64,000 nucleotides of DNA from Sminthopsis crassicaudata (Eukaryota): NCBI RefSeq assembly GCF_048593235.1, contig NC_133617.1:394262067-394326066 (forward strand). Reading direction: 5' to 3'. The notes beneath the pieces are model-generated. The model saw only the letters and a program-made list of their open reading frames with translations, had not been told where the DNA came from and did not search any database. Positions within the stretch are counted from its first letter, which is position 1. Each line of letters opens with the position of its first letter. Both the position numbers and the translations under genes were made by a program. Shown here in pieces: positions 1 to 16,300 of this stretch.

Positions 1-79
1 AAGCCCATGGGGAAAGACAGGTATGGGTTACCTCAAACATTTTCATTGTTCTTCTATCAACCACTATACCCCCATCCAG

Positions 80-1556
80 GAAGCTGAGTGGGCACCTGGC
101 CCTAGAAGAAGAAGAGCAGTGTACAGTGGATCGAAGAGCAAACCTGACTTATGCAGAATTCATCCACCAGTAAGTGGGGGGAAGAGGGAATTTTTGAGTC
201 CTCTCTATGGTCTCTGTGGGTGACCTGGGAGTTCAGGAAGCACATGGTGGAAAATATAGCAGACCCCTAAACCTGAACCCTTCACAGCTGTCAATGACTG
301 TCACCATGGTCACACCTGGCTAGAAGGGAGAATCAGTGTGGGCAAAAACTGCCTATTCCCTTTGTCCTTGTTTCATAGATACGCCTTCTCTAGACCTGTC
401 ATTCTACAAAGACTCACTGACAACTCGGTAAGTCCCACAAACTGTCCTGCCCATAGCCATGCCGAATTCCACCAAAGGCCAGGGTGATGAGAAGGTTGGG
501 GGACACATCTATTTTAAGCCTGAAGGCCCTTTCCTTCACCTTAGCTGTTCCAGGACTTGTGCTCCAAAGAGAAGCTTCTGGCAGAATTTGGGGACTTCAG
601 GATACGACTGAGTACAGCTAACACATATTCTTATCAGAAAGGTAAGCCCTACTTGCCTACCACCACCTTTGTGCAACCTCCAGCAGGACCATTTTTTACC
701 AATCAGGTCCCAACTTCCAGCCTTTTCCTTCCCCCACAGTGGACCTCTCTTTCCAAGAATATGTGGAACAGTTGCTGGCCCCTCAAGACCCCAAATCCCT
801 AGGGAATGGTGAGTTAAGTGCCTATCCTTAAGGGCCAACAAAGCTAAAGACCTTTAATCACCTTGAGAGCACGTGGGAACACAGACAAAGCAGTAAAGGG
901 CTGCACTTTTTGATTTCCTCCCATCAGATACACTTTACTTCTTTGGGGACAATAACTTCACTGAGTGGGGTGGATTGTTCCAACACTACTCCCCACCTCC
1001 TTTTCATCTCTTGGGCACTACAGCAGCCTACAGCTTTGGAATTGCAGGTCAGTATGGTTCTCAGGGATAGGGAGATGCTGGGAGTCCAGATCTGTTGATA
1101 AATCCTCCCCCACAGGTGTTGGCTCTGGAGTACCCTTCCACTGGCACGGGCCAGGTTATTCTGAGGTGATCTTTGGACGAAAGGTGAGGCAGGAGAGTCT
1201 CCCTAGATGATGGAAGGGAGCAGAGATAAGCCAGTTCTGACCAGGCCCTTCCTCCCCATCCCCAACAGCGTTGGTTCCTATATCCTCCAGAGAAGAGGCC
1301 TGATTTTCATCCCAACAAAACCACCTTGACCTGGTTACGGGACACATACCCAGCACTCCCAATCACTGAACGGCCCCTACAGTGTACTGTCCAGGCTGGT
1401 GAGGTCAGAGGGGTTCACTTTATTGGGTGAGTGGGAAGAAAAAAAGGCCTGTGCTAAGTTTCATCCCATCTCCAGGTGCTGTATTTCCCTGACCGTTGGT
1501 GGCACGCCACCCTGAATCTGGACACGAGTGTCTTCATATCCACGTTTCTGGGCTAG
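80..1556 (+). CDS. JMJD8: JmjC domain-containing protein 8, 5'-partial (first coding exon is upstream of the window)
   Basis: Exons 80-169, 379-427, 545-641, 740-808, 928-1047, 1116-1183, 1269-1403, 1476-1556. All are AG/GT bounded and phase-compatible, ending in TAG at 1554-1556. The translation includes RLSTANTYSY, DTLYFFGDNNFTEW, GSGVPFHWHGPGYSEV and VLYFPDRWWHATLNLDTSVFISTFLG*, which I recognise as JMJD8 with its H-x-H...H metal triad. The position tail-to-tail with STUB1 matches human. Confidence 0.96.
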
Positions 1557-1905
1557 AGGTGATAGCATCCCCAGGCCAAGGCTGATCTGTTGCCACCTCT
1601 GACTCTGAGTGCTGTTAATTTATTGCCACAATTTCCCTATAATGAAGTAAAGGTGCTGGCTTTGCTGCCTTGTGTCTCTGTGCCAGCCACTTTCTGCCCT
1701 CTTGCTTGGGGCTGGAAGACAAATGAGACAAATGGAGTGAAAGGGGAAGAGGAAAGGTAAGCATGTGTCCCATGGGGCTTCAGACTAAGGAGAGCTCTGT
1801 CCAGGTGTCAAAGGAGAGGAGAGAAAGCTGCAGGCCCTTGTCTCTTCTTTGCTGAGCCCAGCACCTACAGGGCTAGACCAGCTCAAAGGCATATTGCTCA
1901 CAATT

Positions 1906-1911
1906 TTTATT
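1906..1911 (-). terminator. Probable STUB1 polyadenylation signal (AATAAA)
   Basis: First AATAAA on the minus strand I found downstream of the STUB1 stop, about 450 nt after it. Alternatives lie at 1619-1624 and 1419-1424. Confidence 0.6.
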
Positions 1912-2362
1912 ACCCTCCATAGAGCTTCTTTCAGTCCATTCCTACTCCAGCCCCTTCAGACAACTGCAGAACAGGGTAAAAGGGGCCAGGGAGAGCCCTC
2001 CCCCAGGGTTAGGGTCATGGCTCAGAACAGGTAATGGCTGTTAAATGAGAAAGGAGAGTGAACACAAATTATATACAGGGGAAAAAAAAGTGGAAGGTAG
2101 GTGTCAGAAACCATGCCAACCTCCACAACAGGAACCTGGCCAGTGCCAGGATAAAGTCTTACCCTTTGGGAGGCAGACACCCTCTATAGCTCCAGAAAGC
2201 CTCCAAAGCCAAGCCCAGGGTCCCCAATCCATAGGCAGTACAGAGATGGAAGACTGGCTCAGTACCCAGCAGGCAGGTTAGGGTAAGAGACAGACCAGAC
2301 GGACAGTAAGGCATGTGTTGGCCCTGGGGGACAGAGGGGCTCCAACTTAAAGGCTAGAAACT

Positions 2363-7685
<5,323 letters not shown>

Positions 7686-8500
7686 GGCTCCGGCCCGGCC
7701 CCGGCCTCGGCCCCTACCCCGGCCCGGCCCCGTGATCGGATCACGGCCCCCGGCCCCAGCCGCTGAACTCAGGTCTGGGCCCGCCCTCGCCCCGGGCGCT
7801 GCCGACAGAAAGCGCCAGCGACTCAGCTCGGACCCCCGAGTTCCAGTCCCAAGATGCCCTGAATTCTTCCCTGCGGAGACCAAGCACCGTCACCCAACCG
7901 GAAGTTCCGGCCCGGGAGAGCGAGGGGGGCGGAGCCTGAAGAGAAGGGATGAACCCGTGAAGGACGCCAGAAAATCGAGAAGCTTGGGGGCGGGGAAAAA
8001 GTCGAGCCTGGAGACGTAACAGCGAACGAGCATGAGGGGGCGGGGCTAGCCGGGTTCGACCCTAAGTGAACTGGGTTTACTGAGGACTTCTATTGAGCCC
8101 GCCAGGACAGGAGGGTGGGAAGAGTAGACCCTAGGAGAGGAACATACGTGTTTTTACGCGCGCGCGGTATGGAGGTGTGGCCGAGGCGGGGCGCGGTTGA
8201 AGGGGCGTGTCTGTTCATCAAGTAGTGGGATTGGACCTAAGTAATTAGAAGGGCGGAGAGAAGGTGGACCGTGGAGGAGCTTATCTGTGCTCGCACGTGT
8301 GCGTGCGCGTGCGCGGCCGGAGACGGCGAGCCTTACCTGAGGAAGGGAAAACTCCATTCCTTTTCCCCCTAACCTTTCCATTCCCTTCCCCCTCCCGGCC
8401 CTCGGCGTTTCCTTCCTCTGGGGCCCGGAAGGCGTTTCCCATTTTGAAGACGCCCCCAGTATTCAGAAGGCACCAAAATTGCTAGCTTGGGGCCGGAGCC

Positions 8501-11500
8501 ATGGGCCCGAGCGGGGGTCTTTATGACTGTGACGACCTCCAGTGCTGGACGGCCGTGCTGGGCTGTTACAAGGACGTGGTCAGAGCCAGAGAGGGCAAGA
8601 CCCGCAAGCTTGTCGCTTTGGATGCATGGTGAGCCGAGCTTCCAGCGGAGCCCGGACGGTCCCCGAGTCTCCTGGGGAGCCTGGGGGAGGAGGGGAAGCG
8701 GAGGCGGGAGCGCGTGGTTTAACCGCCCCGGGGCGGGCTCTGGAGATGCAGACACCGGGGAGACAGCTCCTGCCTCCCATATTGTACCCTAATCGGAGGA
8801 AACCACCTGTGCTTTGCGGGTGCCTGGCACGCAGCCAGCGTTTGGTAAATGCCCTTTGATTGATAGGAAAAGGAAATTGTGGTTCCAGGGGTCCCGGAAA
8901 CCCGTGGGTCAGTGCCCAGCCAAACGCGGAGGGACACGGGGGTGGGCGTGGGTGAGCTTGTTTGTGCTCACCAACCAGGAGCAACCAGCTTCGAACCCAC
9001 GGGGAGTTCCAAAGCTGAAGGCTTGAGGGAGGGTGGGGGGAAAGGTGGAAGTAAGAACAGGTGGCAAGAGGCCCTCTCAGTCTTTATCCGGTTTTCTTTT
9101 GGAGGGATCTCCTCTATTCTCCCTGGCAACCTAGACCTTAGGAGACTCAATTTCCAGGGTTCAAAAAGGGGAGGACACATCGTGCTAGTCCCTAAGGGGT
9201 TCGGGACGGAGGAACTCTATCCAGGTGTAGTATTGTCTGGAACCTCGCTCTAAAGCAACTTAAATGTTCCACCCTGAGATCTAAGGGCTAGACTTGGGGA
9301 AAGCTGTGCCAATGGAATAGTGGCCTTCCCTGACCCATCCCCGGTACCACTGCACACACGGATACCATTGCGTTGGTCGGTGGATGCCTATTTCAGGTAT
9401 CAGGAGGAGCTGCCAGTTTCTATAAGAGAGAGAAAGGACAAATACCTCACAAGAGATGAACTGGTGAAGCTGATGGAATGGAAGCTGACGGTAAGCTTTT
9501 ACTTTCTCTGAATAAGGCGATACCTTTAGAGATGGGCACAAATCCATGCTGCACAGAGAAGGCACGGAAGAAACTTGGGTCCTTCCAGAAGGATGACCTG
9601 ACATGGCCTCTGTACTGACTAAACAAGTAACTTTTCTGATCTCCCAAATTGCTAGTTCCTTCCCCCACAATTAAATTATCTTATGTTTATTTGTGTCTTA
9701 TCTCTCTTTTGCTTTCTGCTTCTCTCTATACATACCTATATACATACATATTTATATGTTGTCTCCCTTAATGGAATGGAAGTTCCTTCAGAGCAGCAAC
9801 TATTTCAATTGTCTTTGTATCCACTGCACCTCAAACTTAGCAGGCACTCAGTGCTTGTTGATTGATGTCCACTGGGTGATAAATAGGTTACTCTATCTCT
9901 TAACTGTTTTCTAGTTTCTAAAAACATAAGTGTGTCTCATTTCCTCCCTCCCCCTCCCCCAGTGTCAGAAACAGAATACCCGTGTTAGGAATTAGGGTCC
10001 AATCGCTTCATTTCACAGAGGTAGAAACAAGCCCAGTAAGGGGAAATGACATTTACAACCAAGTTTCAGGTCTTCTAATTCCCACTTTAGTAAAGTCAAA
10101 CCCCAAGACTTGTTCCCTGCCAGGAGCTCTCTTTACTTCAATGACTTCATGTCCTTGTGTTTATAAGACAAGATTTCTTCTTGAAGTTAGGATAGGGCTT
10201 GTATCCTAGAAACTGACGGGAAATGGTTTCCATTGAAGGAGAAGAGATTGGAGTATGTAAATTGGTCTAGAACCTGCAGTCATGAAACTTGGTCATGAAT
10301 ATCAGTTCTACTACTTATTATATATAACATATATATATATAGTATATATATTATGTATATAATTATATCTTATCATATAATCCCTCTGGACTTTAGTGAG
10401 AGACTTGGACTAGATTGTGAGGGGCCTAACAGAGAGAGTCATTAAGAATTCAATTCTGTGTTCTTATCCTCCTCCTCCTGTCCTTCCCTATACACACTTA
10501 GAGGGGCAAATTCAGACCACGACTCCAGAATTTGGTGGCCACTAACACAGAGGAGTTGGTAAAGCAATGCACAGCAGCAGCTTTCTCTCTCCTACCTAAT
10601 GTGGAAGCTGCCATCACAGAACTGAGCCAGCTTAAAGCCGTGGGACCAGCTACTGCCTCTGGTGAGGAAAGAAGAGAAGGGTGAGGGAAGAGAAGGGTGG
10701 GTCCCAGCATCTGGGGGACATTTGTAACCTCTGGGCTAGAACTGAACTCCGGATCTCCTGGACTCTTGGGGAGATCCTAGAAGGGATATGCCATCTCTAA
10801 CATCCATCTCAAACTGAGAAGGCTTCATTCATTCAGTTCAGGGGCTGGAAAAGTATGTGTGACCTAAAATGATGGCTACTGACAGAGCACAAGACACTCG
10901 GCCCTTTTTCTGCTCTCCTTGAGACTTGGGAACATCCCCTCCCCCTACCTGCTGCCTTGGAACACTAGAACAGACCATTTTAATCAGTTCACTTCAGCAT
11001 TTTCCCAACCAATGGCCAAACTTGATCTCATACTACTAAAGATTTCTTCTGCTGCAGCAGATCATCCCCAGCCAATGTGGTAACCTAAAGGTTTAGAGCA
11101 ACTTACTTAAAACAAAGTAACATTCAAGGCCCTATGATGTATGGAAAGTATGGATGGTCCTGGCCTGGAGGATTCCCTGCCCTCCCGTAATCCAGTCATG
11201 CTTTCCTCAGCAATCCTGACAGCAGGTGCCCCAGAGACAACAGCATTCATGGCAGATGAGGCAGTGGCTGCTGTCCCTGGCCTCCCCGTGCTCCAGTATA
11301 CTCTCAAACACTATATCCTGTATTTGGACAAGATCCGGGCCTGTGCTAAGAGACTGAACCAAGGTAAGAGCTAGCAACTGAAAAGATGCATATACTACAG
11401 TAGTCTCAGTCTCTGGTGATCTAACTGCCTCTACTCCCAGAAGGGTTTGGGGAATGATTAGGCCTAAATATAGTGGGTAAGGGAGCTTCAGGCCGCTGGG

Positions 11501-11758
11501 ATGGTAAACTTCTGGCAGGATGCTTAGTTTGAGTGGGCTCAGAGTTGCATATTCATTTTCCCTCCTTGGGCTTTTCTCATAGTTGATGCCTCCGCAGAAT
11601 GGACTCCTCATCAGATAGAAATGTGCCTCTGGACCTGGACTGTGGCCCAGAAACTGTGTCCCACAGTTCTGCCCTCCTTTTTGTGGGAAGCCCCCAAAGC
11701 CATAGACGGTACTGAAGATGTTAGACCGTCCAAGAAACGAAAAGCTAGCATTCACTGA
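8501..11758 (+). CDS. Uncharacterised HhH-GPD-fold putative DNA glycosylase, Amun/zgc:112496-like, 236 aa
   Basis: Exons 8501-8628, 9397-9490, 10502-10661, 11211-11363, 11583-11758 (711 nt). Introns are GT-AG with phases 2,0,1,1, all compatible. Strong Kozak context GCC-ATG-G, stop TGA at 11756-11758. Protein: MGPSGGLYDCDDLQCWTAVLGCYKDVVRAREGKTRKLVALDAWYQEELPVSIRERKDKYLTRDELVKLMEWKLTRGKFRPRLQNLVATNTEELVKQCTAAAFSLLPNVEAAITELSQLKAVGPATASAILTAGAPETTAFMADEAVAAVPGLPVLQYTLKHYILYLDKIRACAKRLNQVDASAEWTPHQIEMCLWTWTVAQKLCPTVLPSFLWEAPKAIDGTEDVRPSKKRKASIH. Motifs LDxWYQEELP, ELVKLMEWKLTRGKFRPRL, LKAVGPATASA, FMADE and WTPHxxExxLW are recognised from memory as the Amun-like family. The gene model is secure; the family name is less so. 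Confidence 0.9.
10318..10378. repeat. Imperfect (TA)n tract in intron 2 of the Amun-like gene
   Basis: Direct reading. Confidence 0.8.
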
Positions 11759-11858
11759 TCCTGGGCATCTGTATACACTTCATTCAGAGAGAAATGCATC
11801 AGCCAGACTCCTATCCTCTACATGGGGGGCTCAGGGCAGAGAGTAGCCTTTGTTATCC

Positions 11859-11864
11859 ATTAAA
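11859..11864 (+). terminator. Candidate polyadenylation signal (ATTAAA) of the Amun-like gene
   Basis: ATTAAA 100 nt after the TGA at 11758. Confidence 0.45.
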
Positions 11865-12662
11865 ACTGCCTACCATCCCAACCTCATATGGATCTCAACT
11901 CCTTAGATACCCTCTCCCAAGCTGGCACTGACCCAGGAATTAGGAGGATAGAGCGTGTAGTTCCAATTCCATCACTAAATCACCTCTGGTAAAGTCACTT
12001 AAACTATTGTTGCAATTGGAATAATTTCTCCCTGTTGTGTTCAGTTCCTGCATAAACCTAGGCTTGAGTATTTCCAGTGCTTTGTTTTCTCTTGTCTTAT
12101 GTGTGGTATGAGGAAACATCCCACCTTTCAGAGAGAGTTAGTAGTCTGAACTGCATAGAGCCATGATTCTCCCAGGGAGAGGGAGAGGGGGTGGAATGGA
12201 AATTAGAAGGAGCTTAGTTTTCCAGAGATAAAATGCCTGCTACTGGAGCTTTCCCGAATTTAGGAACTAGAGAAGGCTGTAGGTGTTTTAAGACTGGTGG
12301 GGCCTCTTGGGATTTCAGGGAATGAATGGGGTGGGCCCTCGAGGCTCAGCAGTTCTTAGCTAACTGTTCTGGCAGGAGGTGTAAACAGCTTCTTAATTGC
12401 CTTCACACATGAGCCTAAATTCGGAGGTGTGAGGAGGGAAATCTTAACAGGACTGAGAAGTTGTTGGGAAAGACCAGAAGCTGGAAATAGCAGGAGGCAA
12501 TCCCAGGGGATTCTGCCTTGGTCTCTATCCCAACAGCAGGGCCTCTGGAGAAGGGGAAGAAGGGAGAGAGAAGGTCACTTGAGCAGTGTGGCGGCAGGGG
12601 GGAGGGCGAGCTGAAACTGGCATTCTAGTTTGAAACTGCTTGGCCAGCTGCTGTGTAAAATA

Positions 12663-12668
12663 TTTATT
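12663..12668 (-). terminator. Probable RHBDL1 polyadenylation signal (AATAAA)
   Basis: AATAAA on minus about 700 nt after the stop, in an AU-rich context. Confidence 0.6.
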
Positions 12669-13363
12669 CATACTCCAAAAAGGCTCAGACAGCAAATCCA
12701 TCAAACTGGCTCTTTGCTCTGGAGGCTGTGAAGCCTCTGTTCTACTCCCCTGGGTGCTCTCCTCTGGTCACTCCCCCTGACTTTCTTCGGGCACATCCCC
12801 TCCTACCTTCCACAGGGCAACCTGAAACCACGGCTTCCCTAGTGGCAGGGAGACTTGGAAGAGGGTTTAGGCCCAGGACCAGCGTAAGGCTTGAGAGGCC
12901 CTGTATTCAGTAGCTTTTGGGGCCATAGAGCTGAAGTCCCTGCAGCAACTGGGGAGAATTGGAGAGAAAAGAGCCATCTGAGGGAAATTGGGGGTGGGGG
13001 GAGCAGTAGGGCCCCTGCCCTTCCCAGGCAGGTGGGCACAGGGGACAGGGGTGGGAGAAGCAGCTTTAAAACATACATTCAGTAGAGGGTGGACATGCAG
13101 GCCCACACCTGGAGGTCCTGCCAAGGGGGGCCGTGCCCTGACTAGCCTGCACACAAAATCACATGCACGCACCTGCATGCCCAGCCCAGCCCAGAATCCA
13201 GTGGGAAGTTGGCACCTTAGGTTGTTCTTTTTACTGGAGAACCGGGCCAGGCGCTAGATCCACCTCAGTCAGGTTCACGTTGATAGGGAAAAATAACAAC
13301 CGCATCCTGGCTGCCTGGCAGATGGTGGCACCGGAGGGGCGGTGTTGGCACTTTCATGGAGTA

Positions 13364-16300
13364 CTAAGGGGGAGGCAGGACCTGTGCCCCCAGAAGGTCG
13401 TAGGCAAAGATGTTCCAGAAGATGGCAAAAAGGAGGAAGGTGGCATAGGAGAGCAATACCACCCACCAGCCACACTGGTCCTGCAGGTTCTCCTCATAGC
13501 TTCGAAGGATGGTCAGGCCCATGCTGATGCCCACGACGGCGCCCGCCAGATGGGCCATGAAGCTGGGCTGAGGGCCTGAGGCAGGCAGGGGCGGGGAGAA
13601 ACGGAGCCAAACAGCTCTGCCCACCTCTGAGCTCACTGCAGTGGGGGGAGCAAGATGTGAGGACAAGGGAATCCCTGGGAGAGCCCCAGTCTGTGAGGGG
13701 CCACTCACACCTCAGCCCAGTGGGATCTGGGTGGTGCCTACTGTACCATCTAGAGAGGGAGCGCCCCCACAGGGCTGGCAAAGACTCTATCTGTGGCCAG
13801 TCCTTTCTCCCTTCTAGTGTAGCTGACTGCTAGCCATTCACTGTTCCTCCTTTAGCTGGTGCAGGTGGGGGGTAGAGAAACCCTGTGTACCATGCTCAGA
13901 ACCTGTGAAGGGATGGGGGCTTCCTCAGGCCAGGGGAAACATTGTCCTGACCCAAATTCAGCCCTCCCCCCACACCACTGGGTTAGCCAATACTCACTGC
14001 ACACCAGCGCAAGCACCATCCTCAGCAGTTTGTAGGGGCAGCGCATCCCGGCCCAGTTCTAAAGGAGGAGGAGCATCTGGTGAGGCTTTGGATGGGGAGG
14101 CTCAAGAAGCCCATCCTAATGGCTCGGGCCAAGAAAGGGGGACAGGGCAAGCCACATCCTTTCTTCAGAGTCCCCAGCACCTCCCCTGCCAGCCCTGGAT
14201 AGACCCTCTCCTCACCATGACAACATTGGCTAGATGGGCAGAACAGAGAGCATAGACGCCCCCTGAGCCCCCTACCACGGGGGCCCGCATATCCGTGATG
14301 GAGACGGTCAAAGAACCTGTGGGAGGAAAGGAAAATTTATGAGAGGGCTATCCCAATAAGCTGTGCTCTCTGAGTACCTCAGCAAACGCCTCACCTGCCA
14401 GCACTCCCGCCAAGTAAAGGAAGCCTATCCGAAGCACCCCGTGCACCATCTCCAGGGGCACGCCGATCATGAGCTGCAGAAGAGCATTGAAGCCCAGCTG
14501 CTCCAACCTGGAGAGGGAATTTGCCCTGGTCAGAGCAGCATGGACATTGACCGAGACTTTCACAAACCAGCCCTGGTCCCTGGGGGAACAGAACGTCCCC
14601 ATGCATTACTCCCGCCCCACTGAAAATCTCCCTCCCCCTCTACTTCAGCCTGGAAGGTGGGGACAAGACACCTCTGCTCTGCAAATGCAGAGGGAGGGAC
14701 ACTTTCTCATGAGAAAGCAGGAGCGAGGGGGTTCCACCCCAGTCTGTCAGTGCCTAGTGAGTCGTTTGGCCTGGGCAAGTCCTTTTCCTCTCTGTCTGGG
14801 CCCCTACCTGGCCTGCTTCACATGGCTTTGGAAAGATACAAGCAAGAGATTATTCACCCAATTCTCATTTCAAGCGTAGGCCCTTATGGGAAATTCCTTT
14901 GGAACTATCAGAGGCCCCTATGTTGACCTGTGAGAGAGACATCCCCCCTTACCCGACATGCATGAACATGTAGGTGAGAAATCGCCAAGCGCGGGCACGG
15001 TGGCCAGGGTGGTATACCAGAGGACTCTTCATGTACTCAGGGTGATAGGTCTGCAGCACCCACTTGTTCAGTCGAGCTCCATAACACAAGAACACGATGA
15101 TCTGGAAGGATAGTGTATCTCAGTCTGGCCCCCTTGTGGCTACAAAGGGGAAATAGTTTAGAGTTGAGAATGGGCTATCCATGGCTACTTACCTGTGTGA
15201 GTGTGACAGTAGCCATGAAGACCGGAGGTGGGCAGGTTCGGTGCTGGTAGAAGTACCATCGGCGGTCCATCTCACACGGTAGGATCTCATAGGCCACATA
15301 GCGCACAAAGCGTTTATAGAAACCGAGACCTGGCTCATCCAGTAGCCCATCCCGAGGAAGGGCACGCTGCCCATTGGTGATGGCCCGCTTGAAGCTACTG
15401 GATCTTTTGCTGCTGATCTGCCAGAGAAGAGCAGAAAAAGGCCCCTGATCTCCAGCTATGGAAACGAGGGCCTGCCTGGGACACAAAGGGGCCACTTGGG
15501 AGACAGGCAGAATAACAAACGTTTTTGGTGGATTAAATTTCCAGTAGTCAATACGGATTTGTTAATAGATATTGCCACCATGTTTGTCTTCCAGTCAAGA
15601 TAATTAACTGACTTAGGTTATCTGCTATGTATAAAGCATTCCTTCTACAACTTAGTTGCACATGCTACATAAAGACACTGTGAATGTCCTTGGACTCTTA
15701 AGCCCCTAAAGGAGACAAGGGGAACCATCACCCTCAACAATAGTCCTATGGTCAGAGGATCGAGAGATTTAGACCTGAATGGGATATTAGAGATGATCTA
15801 ATCCACATTCTAAAGATGAGAATCCCAAACCACAGTAAGTAGCAGCACTAGGATTTGAACCTATGTCCAATATGCTTTCCATGACCTCCTGCTGCCTATT
15901 TCCTGGACCAAAATCCTTCCTCCGCTAAAACATCCCTTTCAGACACTCTTGGACAGATCCAAAGAGCACGGAGACCCTTAATGCCACCAATGCCCATTTC
16001 CCCCAATTACAGTGGTAATATGAACCTCACTAAGGGGGATTTCTCCCTAAATAATCCCTATCACCCCAGAAACAAGATCCAGGGGAGTAGTGGAAGCTGA
16101 GATCAGCCCAAGACCCCTGTCACTGACCAGATCTACCAACTCCTGGTAGCAGATCTGTCCTTGGTCGTTGCTCTGGGCCAATGCCACCAACATGTCCAGT
16201 TTGGCAGGGTCCAGTGGCAGCTCATGGCTGTGCACCAGGCCAGTGAAGGTCTCGACACCAATGAAGCCAGTGTTGTCAGGGTCCAGCTGCTGAAGATAGG

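Noticed and set aside
1-79. Possible JMJD8 exon 1 donor (AG|GTATGG at 21)
   Set aside because: It would create a 59-nt intron, too short for a typical mammalian intron. Exon 1 is more likely upstream of the window.
7686-7883. 66-codon in-frame N-terminal extension of STUB1 in the ORF track
   Set aside because: It starts at a TTG. GC-rich DNA is naturally poor in stop codons, and the ATG at 7685 has a strong context and matches the known CHIP N-terminus.
11207-11755. 182-aa minus-strand ORF
   Set aside because: It is the antisense shadow of exons 4-5 of the Amun-like gene across intron 4, with no motif of its own.
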